From positions 195,863-259,862 of the IMG/VR virus record IMGVR_UViG_3300037484_000445: a stretch of DNA of 64,000 nucleotides; one strand, 5' to 3'. A program made the position numbers and the translations under genes. This document shows positions 53,318 through 63,150 of this stretch, piece after piece. The notes under the pieces were generated by a model. It searched no databases, had not been told where the DNA came from, and saw only the letters and a list, made by a program, of their open reading frames with translations. Numbering within the stretch: position 1 is the stretch's first letter; the number at the start of each line of letters is the position of its first letter. This stretch comes from a virus (lineage: Duplodnaviria > Heunggongvirae > Uroviricota > Caudoviricetes).

Positions 53318-53793
53318 AAAAGAAAGAACCTGTGCCGTCACCGGAGAAAGATGCCATCGTTATAGCGTGCATCAACTTCCAAAGAGCTCGCAGAGACCTG
53401 GCACGCTATCAAGGCACCAACGACCTCGAAGCCTTGGATAGAATGAGTAGTCGCTACTACAACCTCTACAATAGACTATTGACCCAATCGACTGAGGCCG
53501 AGCCTAAAAAAGCCCGGGTAGTACGTCGACAGAAATCCACTAGGTTAACCCTTGTCACGCGGATCATTCACTCCTTCAAGGGTTCGAGGGATGAGCTCGG
53601 CGTGCAAGATATCCTAGCCAGGGTCCTCAAGGGCGGCTGGGAGACTAAGTCCAAAAAGCCGATGCCCATGGTCTGGTCGGCGCTGTCCACCCATCCTGCC
53701 CTATTTCGTCGGGTAGATCGTGGCACATACAAGCTCAAGATAAGGGCAGTCAAGCTCGCAGCGAAGGCAAAAACTGAAGCTTTGACGGCATGA
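53308..53793 (+). CDS. winged-HTH (HARE-HTH-like) protein
   Basis: LGVQDIL...GGWETKSK.P...VWSALS...FRRVDRGTYKL. Confidence 0.65.
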   Translation: MEMKKKEPVPSPEKDAIVIACINFQRARRDLARYQGTNDLEALDRMSSRYYNLYNRLLTQSTEAEPKKARVVRRQKSTRLTLVTRIIHSFKGSRDELGVQDILARVLKGGWETKSKKPMPMVWSALSTHPALFRRVDRGTYKLKIRAVKLAAKAKTEALTA

Positions 53794-54302
53794 CAACGAA
53801 CTATGAGGGACTGTCTGAAGAAGAGCTTGCAAGTCTCATTCAAGAGCTGCAAGCTCTTCTGGCCACTAAGCGAGGCCACATAACGAAGCTTCGCCTGCAC
53901 GAGATGCTCAATCCAGACAGTTCTAACTTCATGGGCACGGGCATGACGCTCAAGGACTTCATGCTGGCCGGAGAAATTGAACGCACTCAAAGGTCTTTTG
54001 AGCGCCAATCGAGAGAGGAGCGTCACCGACGATTAGAGATCGCTATTCGTATGGCTGTCGAGTATGACCAAGTGAGGCGGAATACCATCCAGAACGGCGC
54101 CTTTGCAAGGCAAGCCATTGAGGATGTCATCACCGGGGATACCTCAAGTTTGCGTATTAACCTAGATCTTTTGTCCTTTATTGGTGAAGGTGACTGGTGT
54201 AAGCCTCACGTCGAGGCATACGCAAAGTTCCGAGAGTTGATCCAAGAAGCCCTCGGAACGTGCCGAGCCCTTGAGACTGAGCAGAAAAGCTCGTTGCACT
54301 GA
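53790..54302 (+). CDS. hypothetical helical protein
   Basis: ATGA coupling. Confidence 0.65.
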   Translation: MTTNYEGLSEEELASLIQELQALLATKRGHITKLRLHEMLNPDSSNFMGTGMTLKDFMLAGEIERTQRSFERQSREERHRRLEIAIRMAVEYDQVRRNTIQNGAFARQAIEDVITGDTSSLRINLDLLSFIGEGDWCKPHVEAYAKFRELIQEALGTCRALETEQKSSLH

Positions 54303-54310
54303 AGGTATCT

Positions 54311-55630
54311 ATGTTCGAAGAAGTCTACACGACACTAATGGACCGCATTGAGAATGCCTCGGCCTGTATCGTGGTGATGGGGTTAGGCTACGTCGGCCTC
54401 CCCTTAGCCACCGAATTCGCCAAGGCTGGCTTCAAGGTCATAGGCTACGATCCTGACCGCAAGAAAGTGGCCTCGATCGAACAAGGCGTGTCTTACGTAG
54501 AATACCCGTCTTCAGAGACAGTTGAGTACCTCGTAAAGGCTGGAAGCTTACAAGTCACCTCAGATCCTGCAGTCCTAAACTCCGCGGATGTAGTGATTGT
54601 GTGTGTGCCCACACCTCTCAACAAGAGCCGTGAGCCCGACCTAGACATGGTTATGACGGCAATCCGTGCTGCCAAGGCTTATCAGAAGCCTGGGCAGCTT
54701 GTAATTTTGGAATCCACGACTTATCCTGGCACCACTAGGGAGCTCATCATCCCTGCATTGATAAACAATCCCGTCGAGCTGGGAAAAACAGTCTTCGTTG
54801 CTTACTCTCCCGAACGAATCGACCCCGGCAACCCCACATACAACCTGAACAATACCCCTAAGGTTGTTTCTGGTGCGACGAACAAGTGCTTGGCCTTGGC
54901 CATCCGCCTTTACTTCTCGATCAACGAACAGGTGGTCGCCGTGACCTCCTTGGAAGTTGCCGAGATGACCAAGATCCTCGAGAACTCCTTCCGCTATGTT
55001 AATATAGCTCTAGTGAACGAGTTGGCACTTGTCAGTCAGAAGCTTGGCATCAACTTCTATGAGGCCATCGACGCAGCAAAGACTAAGCCTTACGGATTCA
55101 TGCCCTTCTATCCAGGACCTGGGCTAGGGGGTCATTGCATCCCAGTCGATCCGCTGTACCTGACGTGGAAGCTACGAGCAATTCATTCACAGTCGAGATT
55201 TATCGAGCTCGCCGACGAGATCAATCTATCGATGCCAGGGCACGTCATCCACTTGACAACCCGAGCCCTAAACAGCATCCAAAAGGCCGTGAATGGATCC
55301 AAGGTTCTTGTTCTTGGTGTGACGTACAAGCCCAACGTCGGGGATATGCGAGAATCCCCGATCCTGCCGATCATCAAAGGACTCCAAGAATTGGGGGCCA
55401 CTGTCTACTACGAAGATCCGTACGTTCAAGAATTGCGCGACCTTGTGGGCGCTCAAAAGGTCATCGACGCGATCTTCGACGAGTACGACACTGTGGTTAT
55501 TGCCACACCACACAAGGAATTCGATTTGAAGAAAGTTGCCGTAAACGCTAGGACGATTGTTGATCCCCGTGGTGTATTACGAGGAGAATACAACAAACTC
55601 CTTCTGAGCCCCAATATTTTCAGGCTCTAA
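54311..55630 (+). CDS. nucleotide-sugar 6-dehydrogenase (WbpA/WecC/TviB type)
   Basis: GLGYVGLP, CVPTP, ESTTYPGTT, SPER, GGHCIPVDP, YKPNVGDMRESP. Confidence 0.92.
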   Translation: MFEEVYTTLMDRIENASACIVVMGLGYVGLPLATEFAKAGFKVIGYDPDRKKVASIEQGVSYVEYPSSETVEYLVKAGSLQVTSDPAVLNSADVVIVCVPTPLNKSREPDLDMVMTAIRAAKAYQKPGQLVILESTTYPGTTRELIIPALINNPVELGKTVFVAYSPERIDPGNPTYNLNNTPKVVSGATNKCLALAIRLYFSINEQVVAVTSLEVAEMTKILENSFRYVNIALVNELALVSQKLGINFYEAIDAAKTKPYGFMPFYPGPGLGGHCIPVDPLYLTWKLRAIHSQSRFIELADEINLSMPGHVIHLTTRALNSIQKAVNGSKVLVLGVTYKPNVGDMRESPILPIIKGLQELGATVYYEDPYVQELRDLVGAQKVIDAIFDEYDTVVIATPHKEFDLKKVAVNARTIVDPRGVLRGEYNKLLLSPNIFRL

Positions 55631-55648
55631 GGTACAGTCGAGATCAAC

Positions 55649-55825
55649 ATGGCCAGCAAAATGACTACCTTGAGGCTTTCTGATGAGGACCTTACCTTGA
55701 TTGACAAGCTCCGGCGAATAACCGGGATCGAGGCAATGTCTACTCTCATACGCGAAGCTCTCAAGGAGTACTTCCAACGTCACAAGCCGAAGCCGAAAGT
55801 GAAGAAGAAGACCGCCAAGAAGTGA
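55649..55825 (+). CDS. 58-aa ribbon-helix-helix (CopG-like) protein, below ORF-track cut-off
   Basis: MASKMTTLRLSDEDLTLIDKLRR...STLIREALKEY...KKKTAKK. Confidence 0.7.
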   Translation: MASKMTTLRLSDEDLTLIDKLRRITGIEAMSTLIREALKEYFQRHKPKPKVKKKTAKK

Positions 55826-55827
55826 CC

Positions 55828-56718
55828 ATGTACCCATTTCAAGATTGCTTGCACCTGTTGAGAAGCCTCACCACGGTTCACATCAAAGAGGGTTCTGAGC
55901 TCGTAACCAGCGTTTACTTGCCCTTAGCCTCAGACGATTGGGTCAGCTTGTGCATGCGTGACGGAGATTCTTACATTGGAGGTTGTTGTACCGCTCTTAG
56001 CTGTTTACAAGACTGCCTGAACAAGATCTTCCGGGACGGTGGTTTCGTTACCGGCCCCGAACTTGAATTCGTAGCTGAGACCGTCATCGCTCATGGTGAC
56101 GGTCTTACGGACAATCTGAACTTTGGTGCGGATATTGACCTGAGCCATTTGTCTGAACTAGCTCAGGTCAATTGGGATATGTGGGGACCTTGGGACAAGA
56201 TTTCCTACACATGGCACCTCGTGAAAGGCCACTACACGTCGGAGGCGCCTGACGAACTCGAGTCTGATCCGGTGAAAGCGTCCTTGAACACGCTTGATCG
56301 ATGCTTGAGGTACTTGAGCCTAGCATATCCATTTCACGGGAAGTTCGACACGGTCTTTGCGGACCTTCTACCCGACTTCGAACTCCAAACGAAGGCTACG
56401 AGTCTGGTTACTCTTTACCGGTTCGTACCTGCCCTTAGAGGGCTCTTTGAGTACGTCAACCAGCTAAGGCTACCCCCCACGGAAGGCGTGGTCCTAATCC
56501 TCACTGGACACGGACCTGAGGCGGTGGCCCGGAATGCCTTCGGGATATGTTTCTACGAAGACCCGGCCGAAGTCCATGGTAAAGTCTGGTCGGTAGATTC
56601 TAACCATGGTGGACCGTTAGGTTTAAGGAAAGTCCGAGTCTCGCTGGAAAAAGGACTCGAGTTCTTAGATGACGGGCCAATCATCCTGCAGGATACGGTC
56701 CACGTCTCTCAAGGGTAA
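55828..56718 (+). CDS. hypothetical protein
   Basis: About 296 aa. Confidence 0.65.
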   Translation: MYPFQDCLHLLRSLTTVHIKEGSELVTSVYLPLASDDWVSLCMRDGDSYIGGCCTALSCLQDCLNKIFRDGGFVTGPELEFVAETVIAHGDGLTDNLNFGADIDLSHLSELAQVNWDMWGPWDKISYTWHLVKGHYTSEAPDELESDPVKASLNTLDRCLRYLSLAYPFHGKFDTVFADLLPDFELQTKATSLVTLYRFVPALRGLFEYVNQLRLPPTEGVVLILTGHGPEAVARNAFGICFYEDPAEVHGKVWSVDSNHGGPLGLRKVRVSLEKGLEFLDDGPIILQDTVHVSQG

Positions 56719-56919
56719 GTTATCGCCTTTATAGGGTTTTCCGCATTCTGGGCAGGGCTCACCCTCCTTGACCTCTACGGGCTGTCCTATGCGCCAGCAA
56801 CGAATGCTGCAGGGTATGTGTCTAGCTGCTTGTACGATAGCGCGGTCCGTAGCTGTACTAGGATCAATACCTTGTCGGGTAAGGTACGTTGTTAACCACT
56901 CTTCTAGGGACTGAGCCAT
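56665..56919 (-). CDS. small zinc-binding protein ending DRILQDD
   Basis: CSIRC...CPECG; ATG 11 nt after GGTGTA. Confidence 0.6.
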   Translation of the reverse strand: MAQSLEEWLTTYLTRQGIDPSTATDRAIVQAARHIPCSIRCWRIGQPVEVKEGEPCPECGKPYKGDNLPLRDVDRILQDDWPVI

Positions 56920-56959
56920 AGCTTGCTTCATACACCGGGCCAGTGTATATACCGACCGA

Positions 56960-57505
56960 ATGGCGTACGGACAATTGACCGAGGACCAAGAAAAAGCCCT
57001 CGTACCTTACCTAAATGTGCCTGTGATTACGGACCTTGGTTGTGGCAACCTTGAGCTGGCCTATCGTTTGGTGAAGCTCGGCGCCAGTTCAGTGGTAGGT
57101 GTCGACAAAAAGCCGGCTATACCCGACAAGCAGTACCCAGAAGTGGTGTTTGTTCAAACGGAATTCAGGTATTGGCCGTTGAAGGTTCACACAGCTTTCG
57201 TATCGTGGCCGCACAACATACTCGATGAGTATTTGTTGCACATCGTTCGAAATACATCTGTCGTGATCTACTTGGGTTCGAACATCGAGGGTTCCGCCTG
57301 TGGCGATCCTACGTTGTTCAAACACTTGTGCTCTCGTGAAGTCTTAGTTCACGTGCCAGATCCGAAGAATTCTCTCATCGTGTACGGATCTAGACTCAAA
57401 GAACCTCGGCGACATTTACCGGAAGAGTTCGCAGGTATCAAACAAGACAAGATCTGGCACTATATGGAGTTGTTGGAAAGGCCCCTACCTTATGCCGCTT
57501 ACTAA
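56960..57505 (+). CDS. class I SAM-methyltransferase-like protein
   Basis: ITDLGCG...VVGVDK. Confidence 0.7.
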   Translation: MAYGQLTEDQEKALVPYLNVPVITDLGCGNLELAYRLVKLGASSVVGVDKKPAIPDKQYPEVVFVQTEFRYWPLKVHTAFVSWPHNILDEYLLHIVRNTSVVIYLGSNIEGSACGDPTLFKHLCSREVLVHVPDPKNSLIVYGSRLKEPRRHLPEEFAGIKQDKIWHYMELLERPLPYAAY

Positions 57506-58223
57506 GGTCTACATACGCTACCGGGAAGACATGCCTGATGGCGTCAACACCTTCGCCGCCCAAGAAGGGTTCCGGGCCCGCGGCGTGGAGACGGTGCCTT
57601 TCTTTGGCTTTGGTGACATTCAGACGCTCGAAGACTTGGGACAGGATGTTGGGGTCGTCGGGTTCATTGGTGACGTCCACGAGGCTATCAGAGCCGTAGG
57701 AAAGCCGGTTCCATCCCCGATAGACTACCCCGAATCCCTCAAGAACTACTTGGACCGTTACCTATTCAAGGCCATGCTTGGGGATGTGTTCAGAAGTACC
57801 CAAAGGCTGTTCGTGAAGCCGGTACAACACAAGCAGTTCACGGGATTCATCTGGGAGGGCCCTCAGGGTAAGTTCGTTAGGACAGCTGGCCTACCAGACG
57901 ACACTGAGGTTTGGATTTCAGAAGCCATTGAGTTCTTGGCCGAGTACCGCGTATTCGTGCTCGACGGAGAGATCCTCGACGTCCGGCGCTACAAGGGGGA
58001 TTGGTCCCAAGCTTTGAGCCTCGGGTACACCAAAGAGGCAGTGGCCGCTTACTGCCGAGAATCGGGAAGTCCGAGGGCTTTTTGCTTGGACTTGGGTGTA
58101 ACCGACCAAAGCCCCTGCTGTTTGGTGGAGGTCAATGAAGCCTACGCCTTCGGTCACTATGGCCTTCGAAGTGAACTCTACGCCCAAATGCTCGAAGCTA
58201 CATGGCAAGAACTGACAGCTTAG
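57492..58223 (+). CDS. ATP-grasp protein (DUF4343/R2K-like)
   Basis: FVKPVQHKQFTG, EYRVFV, LDLG, LVEVNE..A.G.YG. Confidence 0.8.
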   Translation: MPLTKVYIRYREDMPDGVNTFAAQEGFRARGVETVPFFGFGDIQTLEDLGQDVGVVGFIGDVHEAIRAVGKPVPSPIDYPESLKNYLDRYLFKAMLGDVFRSTQRLFVKPVQHKQFTGFIWEGPQGKFVRTAGLPDDTEVWISEAIEFLAEYRVFVLDGEILDVRRYKGDWSQALSLGYTKEAVAAYCRESGSPRAFCLDLGVTDQSPCCLVEVNEAYAFGHYGLRSELYAQMLEATWQELTA

Positions 58224-58617
58224 GGGGCGGCATTGTGGGCTTGTACGTGGGAAGTACTTGCGCCAAGTAGGCCCCCGCAATCTCCAGAATCCCCTCATAC
58301 AAGGGATCGACACGGTCTCCCTTGAAGTCGTCTGTTAGGATCACCCAATCTCCTCGAATTTGAATGTGACTAAGTGAGTGCAACAGAATGAGGCCACGCT
58401 TGTAGAGCAGCATTAGGGATAAGGATCGGAAGGGGATAACTTTCCCAATTCCGTGCCAGGCCGCAAGATCCTGATGTGTGCAAACAAGCCTATCTAAGGT
58501 GGGGAACACTTTAAGGGGATAGCCCTCTTCTTTGGGAGCAATTTCCTGACAAGCAGCGCAAAACATACGCACGAACCTTAGGGCTTCGGCATCAGAGGAC
58601 GGCTGCTCAAGGGCCAT
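58198..58617 (-). CDS. hypothetical protein
   Basis: ATG 10 nt after GGTGTA. Confidence 0.6.
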   Translation of the reverse strand: MALEQPSSDAEALRFVRMFCAACQEIAPKEEGYPLKVFPTLDRLVCTHQDLAAWHGIGKVIPFRSLSLMLLYKRGLILLHSLSHIQIRGDWVILTDDFKGDRVDPLYEGILEIAGAYLAQVLPTYKPTMPPPKLSVLAM

Positions 58618-58691
58618 TTTCTCTTCATACACCGGGAAGTTGGCCTGGAGGGCCAATTGGCCAAGATTTCTATTTGTGGCACTCCACAAGT

Positions 58692-59846
58692 ATGCCAAGG
58701 GTTCCTTCACGACAGCTAGCGCCTGGAACAGCAAACGTAGGTGACGTTCTCAGTTGGAATGGGACGTCCTGGGCTCCGGTTGCTCCCGCAGGTGGTGGGT
58801 CTGTGGCCCCTCTCACCGATGTCTTGTACGTGGATGCCGGGACTCTCGTACCCTCCATTGACCAAGATGGTAGTATTGGTAAGCCCTTCAGTACCCTAAC
58901 GGCTGGCATCACTGCAGTACCTACAGGAGGCACGTTGTTGGTGGTGACGGGAAACTATTCGACAGAGAGTACTATCACAATCAACAAGAACTTGAGTATT
59001 CAGGCCCTGACCCCAGTGCCTGAATGGTTCAGCACCATAGCAAACCCCCCTGGTGTGTTTATGGCGCCGAATATCAACCTAGCCACAGGGCTTCAACTCT
59101 ACGTCTACGGAGCGATAATAGGAACGCTCAATCTAGCCACCAGCACGTCCCTAGCTACTCTCGAAGCTTGTTACGTCTCAACTGCTGTGACAGGACAAGG
59201 AACGCTCAGCCTTGTCAACTCAGGCGCCTACGCCATAACCAGCAACACTTTATTTGCTTCGGACACTCTAATTATCGCGTCTATTGCAGTATTAGGCACA
59301 GACGTAACCCTTAGAAATTGTAAGAGCTCTGGAGTCATCAGTATCACATTCTCGGAAAGTCCTGGTGTTGCCACTTTCGATGAAGCCACAAATCGATCCG
59401 CCCTTAGCCTCAACTGGGCCATTGTTAATGGAACCAAGGCGATGTATGGAGAGATCAATATCTTGTACGCCGAGGCCCGGGACACATTCAGTTCAGGTAC
59501 TGCCAACCCCTCTTATGTGCCAGCAGTTCCGCTAATCTTGTCGGTGTCTCCTGGTGAGCGAGTTCTATTGGTGGTCGAACCCTTTGTGTTTCACGACTTT
59601 CAAAGTGGTATTGACATACTTTGGCAAGCCGATTCTGGTACGGGCTACGCTAGCGTCGGGTCCGCAGTGAATTTCACAGACATTGATTCAAGTGTACTCA
59701 TCACAGCAACATGTCGAGCGATGTACACACACGTTGGAGCTCCCACAACGGTCTCCTTCAGAGTCCAGATAACCATCAACGGGGCTGGGGATGCCATATC
59801 TCCACATGATCCATTCTATGTCCACGCCACGAATCTCGGGGGATAA
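58692..59846 (+). CDS. tail-fibre/virion structural protein
   Basis: GDVLSWNGTSW module; T/S/G/V-rich beta composition. Confidence 0.7.
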   Translation: MPRVPSRQLAPGTANVGDVLSWNGTSWAPVAPAGGGSVAPLTDVLYVDAGTLVPSIDQDGSIGKPFSTLTAGITAVPTGGTLLVVTGNYSTESTITINKNLSIQALTPVPEWFSTIANPPGVFMAPNINLATGLQLYVYGAIIGTLNLATSTSLATLEACYVSTAVTGQGTLSLVNSGAYAITSNTLFASDTLIIASIAVLGTDVTLRNCKSSGVISITFSESPGVATFDEATNRSALSLNWAIVNGTKAMYGEINILYAEARDTFSSGTANPSYVPAVPLILSVSPGERVLLVVEPFVFHDFQSGIDILWQADSGTGYASVGSAVNFTDIDSSVLITATCRAMYTHVGAPTTVSFRVQITINGAGDAISPHDPFYVHATNLGG

Positions 59847-59848
59847 CG

Positions 59849-62278
59849 ATGCCTAGACTACCAATCAAACATCTGTCCTCTGGAGCAACCATAGGCGACG
59901 TTCTCTCTTGGAACGGTACGAGCTGGGTATCTGCCCCAGCCCCAGTCGGATTCACAGCTGGTGGAGATCTGTCTGGGTCTGCCACGAATCAGACAGTTCA
60001 AGGTCTTCAAGGTGCCCTCTTTGCGAATACTACCACGAGTCCAGGACTCTCAGCTGTGCATGTCACTGAGACCGCCTTCCCATTCGTAGATTCAATGGGA
60101 TGTGTTTCCGATGGTACGTATCTTTGGGTGTGTGATAGTACTACACCCTATGTGTTCAAAGTCGATCCTTCAAACTGGTTTGCACCTATTGTAAGAATCA
60201 ACTTGAACATTTCGGCGGTGCCAAGCACGCCAAATCCTAGTGCCCTATTCTTGAGTGGTAACTACATCATCTGCACAGCTGGCCTTTTAGTGTTCATGAT
60301 CGATTGGACATTAGATACCCTAGTTGCTTACATCAATTTAGGTGTTGTGGGTGGTGGAACACAACACGCCTGCATTGATTCCAACAACAATCTGTGGACC
60401 TCATCGACTTCGGGCGTTCAACACTGTAGTGTGAGTGCTGCTCTCCTTGCCTTTCCAAACGCCTATACAACAAATGTTGATGTGCCCTTGCCTGCAGGAC
60501 GAGCCTTGTCCATCATCATTGGTCCTGATAGCATGGTATGGGCCGGTAGAGATGCTGATCTTTACCGGATTAACCCTGCCGATGATTCAGTGATCACACA
60601 CACTGAAGCCGGTATATTTCACGAGTACTTATTTAGTGCGGTGGGTTTCGTTTGGGTTGCTCAGTACGGGAACACAAACAACAACATACTCAGGTACGAT
60701 CCTGGAACATTTCCAGGTGCGGCTCCAACTCAGATAGCTATAAACCCGTTGGCTGAATTTCCTGGTTGGATGACCGAGTACAATGGGATCTTGTACGTAG
60801 CCGACAACGACATTGCTCGTGTATATACCATAGACACTGCAGGCCCAACATACACAGGGTTCGTTTCAAACGGCAGTGCCACTGAGTGGGTTAACCAAAT
60901 CACACCACTCACGGTCGGTGCAACCACAACCCTTTGGATGGGTATTACTCAAGGAGTTAACGGTTTTACCCCTTATGTTGTAGGGAGTTCAGCTATCAGC
61001 GCTACCGTAACAGCGTTCTCTGGAGGTAATAGGGTTCGTTGGGAAACACCCACAGTAAAGCCCCTGGCTAACACGTTCTACCTCGATGGTGGAACAACCA
61101 CGCCACTCGATTCTCAAACGGGTAGTATTGGTCAACCTTTCGGGTTCCTACACAAGGCGTTGCCGGGCATCGGATCTATCTCCTACCCAGGACCAACCCT
61201 GCTGATTGCTCCTGGAGACTACACTTTCGAGTCTACCGTCTATTGGATGTCTCCTGGAAACCCTCCGGCAGCACTCAATCTCATGGGCATGGGCACTGGA
61301 AGTAACCAGCCCGCTATGCCGGACATCCAAGCGCTCAGCGGTAACCTCAACCTCGAGAAGTTGTACGTATCCGGAACTGTTCAAGGCGGTTCTTATATCA
61401 CGATGACGTCTGTGAGTGTGGGTACGGCCATAGCCAGCTACATCATAGCCAAAAATTCAACCTTTCAGGGCTCTCTCTATGTAGAGGGGGGATCCTTCCA
61501 AGATTGCACCTTTGCCAACAGCACTCTGTACACGACACTTATATTAGGAAATGATGTTCAAGCAACTGTAGACACCACTACGAACAACACACTTCGAATT
61601 CGAAGTGTTCTCCTAGAAGCGTACACCTCCGTTGTCGTCACTAGTGGTGCAACGACTAGTAAGGCTACCATTGTTTCGGACTTGACTGCACCTCTTGCAG
61701 CGATCGGCTTGAACGTATCCCTTAACCCTTACAATCAGATCGTATTCCAAAGCTCTACGGGCTACATTGAAGTTGACACGGTTCTCAACGGATCGACGCT
61801 CAACACAGCAATAGACCTAACTGATGGAGTCTATGGTCCAGCCGTAATCAAGATGGATTCCAAATCTTACGGATCTTTCCGTGAGACGTCAGGTATCTAT
61901 AGGGGTATCATCATCTTGGATGACGGTAGGAGTAATGCTCAATTCCGCCAGTCCTATGCTATTGGAACAGGGGCGGCATGGGCTAACCTCATAGTGCTCG
62001 ACAGCTCCTTAGCTGATGAAGCCATGATGGAAGTCGATTGGCGCATCTATGGCAAACTTGGTGCGGAGGAAAGTCTCCTACGTAAGGAGCATTCTCTGAT
62101 CCAACGGTTGAGTGGGGTCACGACAGTTCTCACAAGTACAACCGAGCTCATAAGTCCCAACGCAGTAAGCAACACTAGGATTGTTGTGTCTGGTAACTTA
62201 ATTGCCATTCAGCTACAGCAAGACTCGGTGAAGGATTGGAATGCCAAAGCCGAAGCGACATGGTTCACCCAAACCTAA
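59849..62278 (+). CDS. tail-fibre/receptor-binding protein with beta-propeller-like and beta-helix-like regions
   Basis: Same N-terminal module; repeated short beta blades. Confidence 0.7.
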   Translation: MPRLPIKHLSSGATIGDVLSWNGTSWVSAPAPVGFTAGGDLSGSATNQTVQGLQGALFANTTTSPGLSAVHVTETAFPFVDSMGCVSDGTYLWVCDSTTPYVFKVDPSNWFAPIVRINLNISAVPSTPNPSALFLSGNYIICTAGLLVFMIDWTLDTLVAYINLGVVGGGTQHACIDSNNNLWTSSTSGVQHCSVSAALLAFPNAYTTNVDVPLPAGRALSIIIGPDSMVWAGRDADLYRINPADDSVITHTEAGIFHEYLFSAVGFVWVAQYGNTNNNILRYDPGTFPGAAPTQIAINPLAEFPGWMTEYNGILYVADNDIARVYTIDTAGPTYTGFVSNGSATEWVNQITPLTVGATTTLWMGITQGVNGFTPYVVGSSAISATVTAFSGGNRVRWETPTVKPLANTFYLDGGTTTPLDSQTGSIGQPFGFLHKALPGIGSISYPGPTLLIAPGDYTFESTVYWMSPGNPPAALNLMGMGTGSNQPAMPDIQALSGNLNLEKLYVSGTVQGGSYITMTSVSVGTAIASYIIAKNSTFQGSLYVEGGSFQDCTFANSTLYTTLILGNDVQATVDTTTNNTLRIRSVLLEAYTSVVVTSGATTSKATIVSDLTAPLAAIGLNVSLNPYNQIVFQSSTGYIEVDTVLNGSTLNTAIDLTDGVYGPAVIKMDSKSYGSFRETSGIYRGIIILDDGRSNAQFRQSYAIGTGAAWANLIVLDSSLADEAMMEVDWRIYGKLGAEESLLRKEHSLIQRLSGVTTVLTSTTELISPNAVSNTRIVVSGNLIAIQLQQDSVKDWNAKAEATWFTQT

Positions 62279-62290
62279 GCAGAAATTTCT

Positions 62291-63148
62291 ATGACATCAC
62301 CTAACCTAGTCATCGTTCGATCCGGAGAGAATTCTCGCCACAAGGTTTGGGGCACCAGCTCAAACTGGGATCTCCTGATTTCGTATTACGGGACTGATCC
62401 CGACAAGTACAAGGACGACGGATTCGAGAGAATCGATGGCCCTGGCGGCAAGCTTGGAGACACCTTCAACTTGTGGCACAACCGCCCCGACCTATTCAAG
62501 GATCGTAAGTACGTCTGGCTTGTGGATGATGACGTAGAACTCACGGCCGAGAATGTTGATCAGCTCTTTGCCGTCATGAAGGCCGAGAAGATTCACTTGG
62601 CCCAGCCAGCCTTGACCTTAGACGGCTACGTCAATCACCGCATCACGGCCGTACACGAGGGTTTCAAACTCAGGTACACGAACATGGTGGAGACCATGAT
62701 CCCCTGCTGGTCTATCGAACTACTGGGCAAGGTGATGCCCTTGTTTGAAGGGATCCGCTATGGCTGGGGTCTCGATCATTTGTGGCACCGTTACGCCGGC
62801 CCCAAAGAGACCGCGATTCTAGATTGTGTACCATGCAAGCATTGCCGCCCTCAAGGAACGGGTGAGCTCTATGTGCATGACTTGGACCCTATTGTTGAGA
62901 TGAAGCGCAATATGGCCAAGTTCCGAGTGACTCAAATCCCTACACCAGCCAATCTAGGTGCCCTTCTAATGGATGGATCCTATGTCGAAGGTAGTGCCTT
63001 AGAGCTAGCCCTCGAGAACCCCAAAGCTAGGGTATTGGCTTCGATGATTGAAACAGTCAAACAGACCCCCGATCATACTAAGCTCCTGAAAAAGCACATG
63101 CCGCTCCTGCCCACAACAACCAAATCCATCACAGAAATTAGAGGCTAG
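62291..63148 (+). CDS. DUF707-like putative glycosyltransferase
   Basis: WDL.ISYYG, YVWLVDDDV, LAQPAL, TNMVE.M.P, GWGLD.LW. Confidence 0.7.
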   Translation: MTSPNLVIVRSGENSRHKVWGTSSNWDLLISYYGTDPDKYKDDGFERIDGPGGKLGDTFNLWHNRPDLFKDRKYVWLVDDDVELTAENVDQLFAVMKAEKIHLAQPALTLDGYVNHRITAVHEGFKLRYTNMVETMIPCWSIELLGKVMPLFEGIRYGWGLDHLWHRYAGPKETAILDCVPCKHCRPQGTGELYVHDLDPIVEMKRNMAKFRVTQIPTPANLGALLMDGSYVEGSALELALENPKARVLASMIETVKQTPDHTKLLKKHMPLLPTTTKSITEIRG

Positions 63149-63150
63149 TC

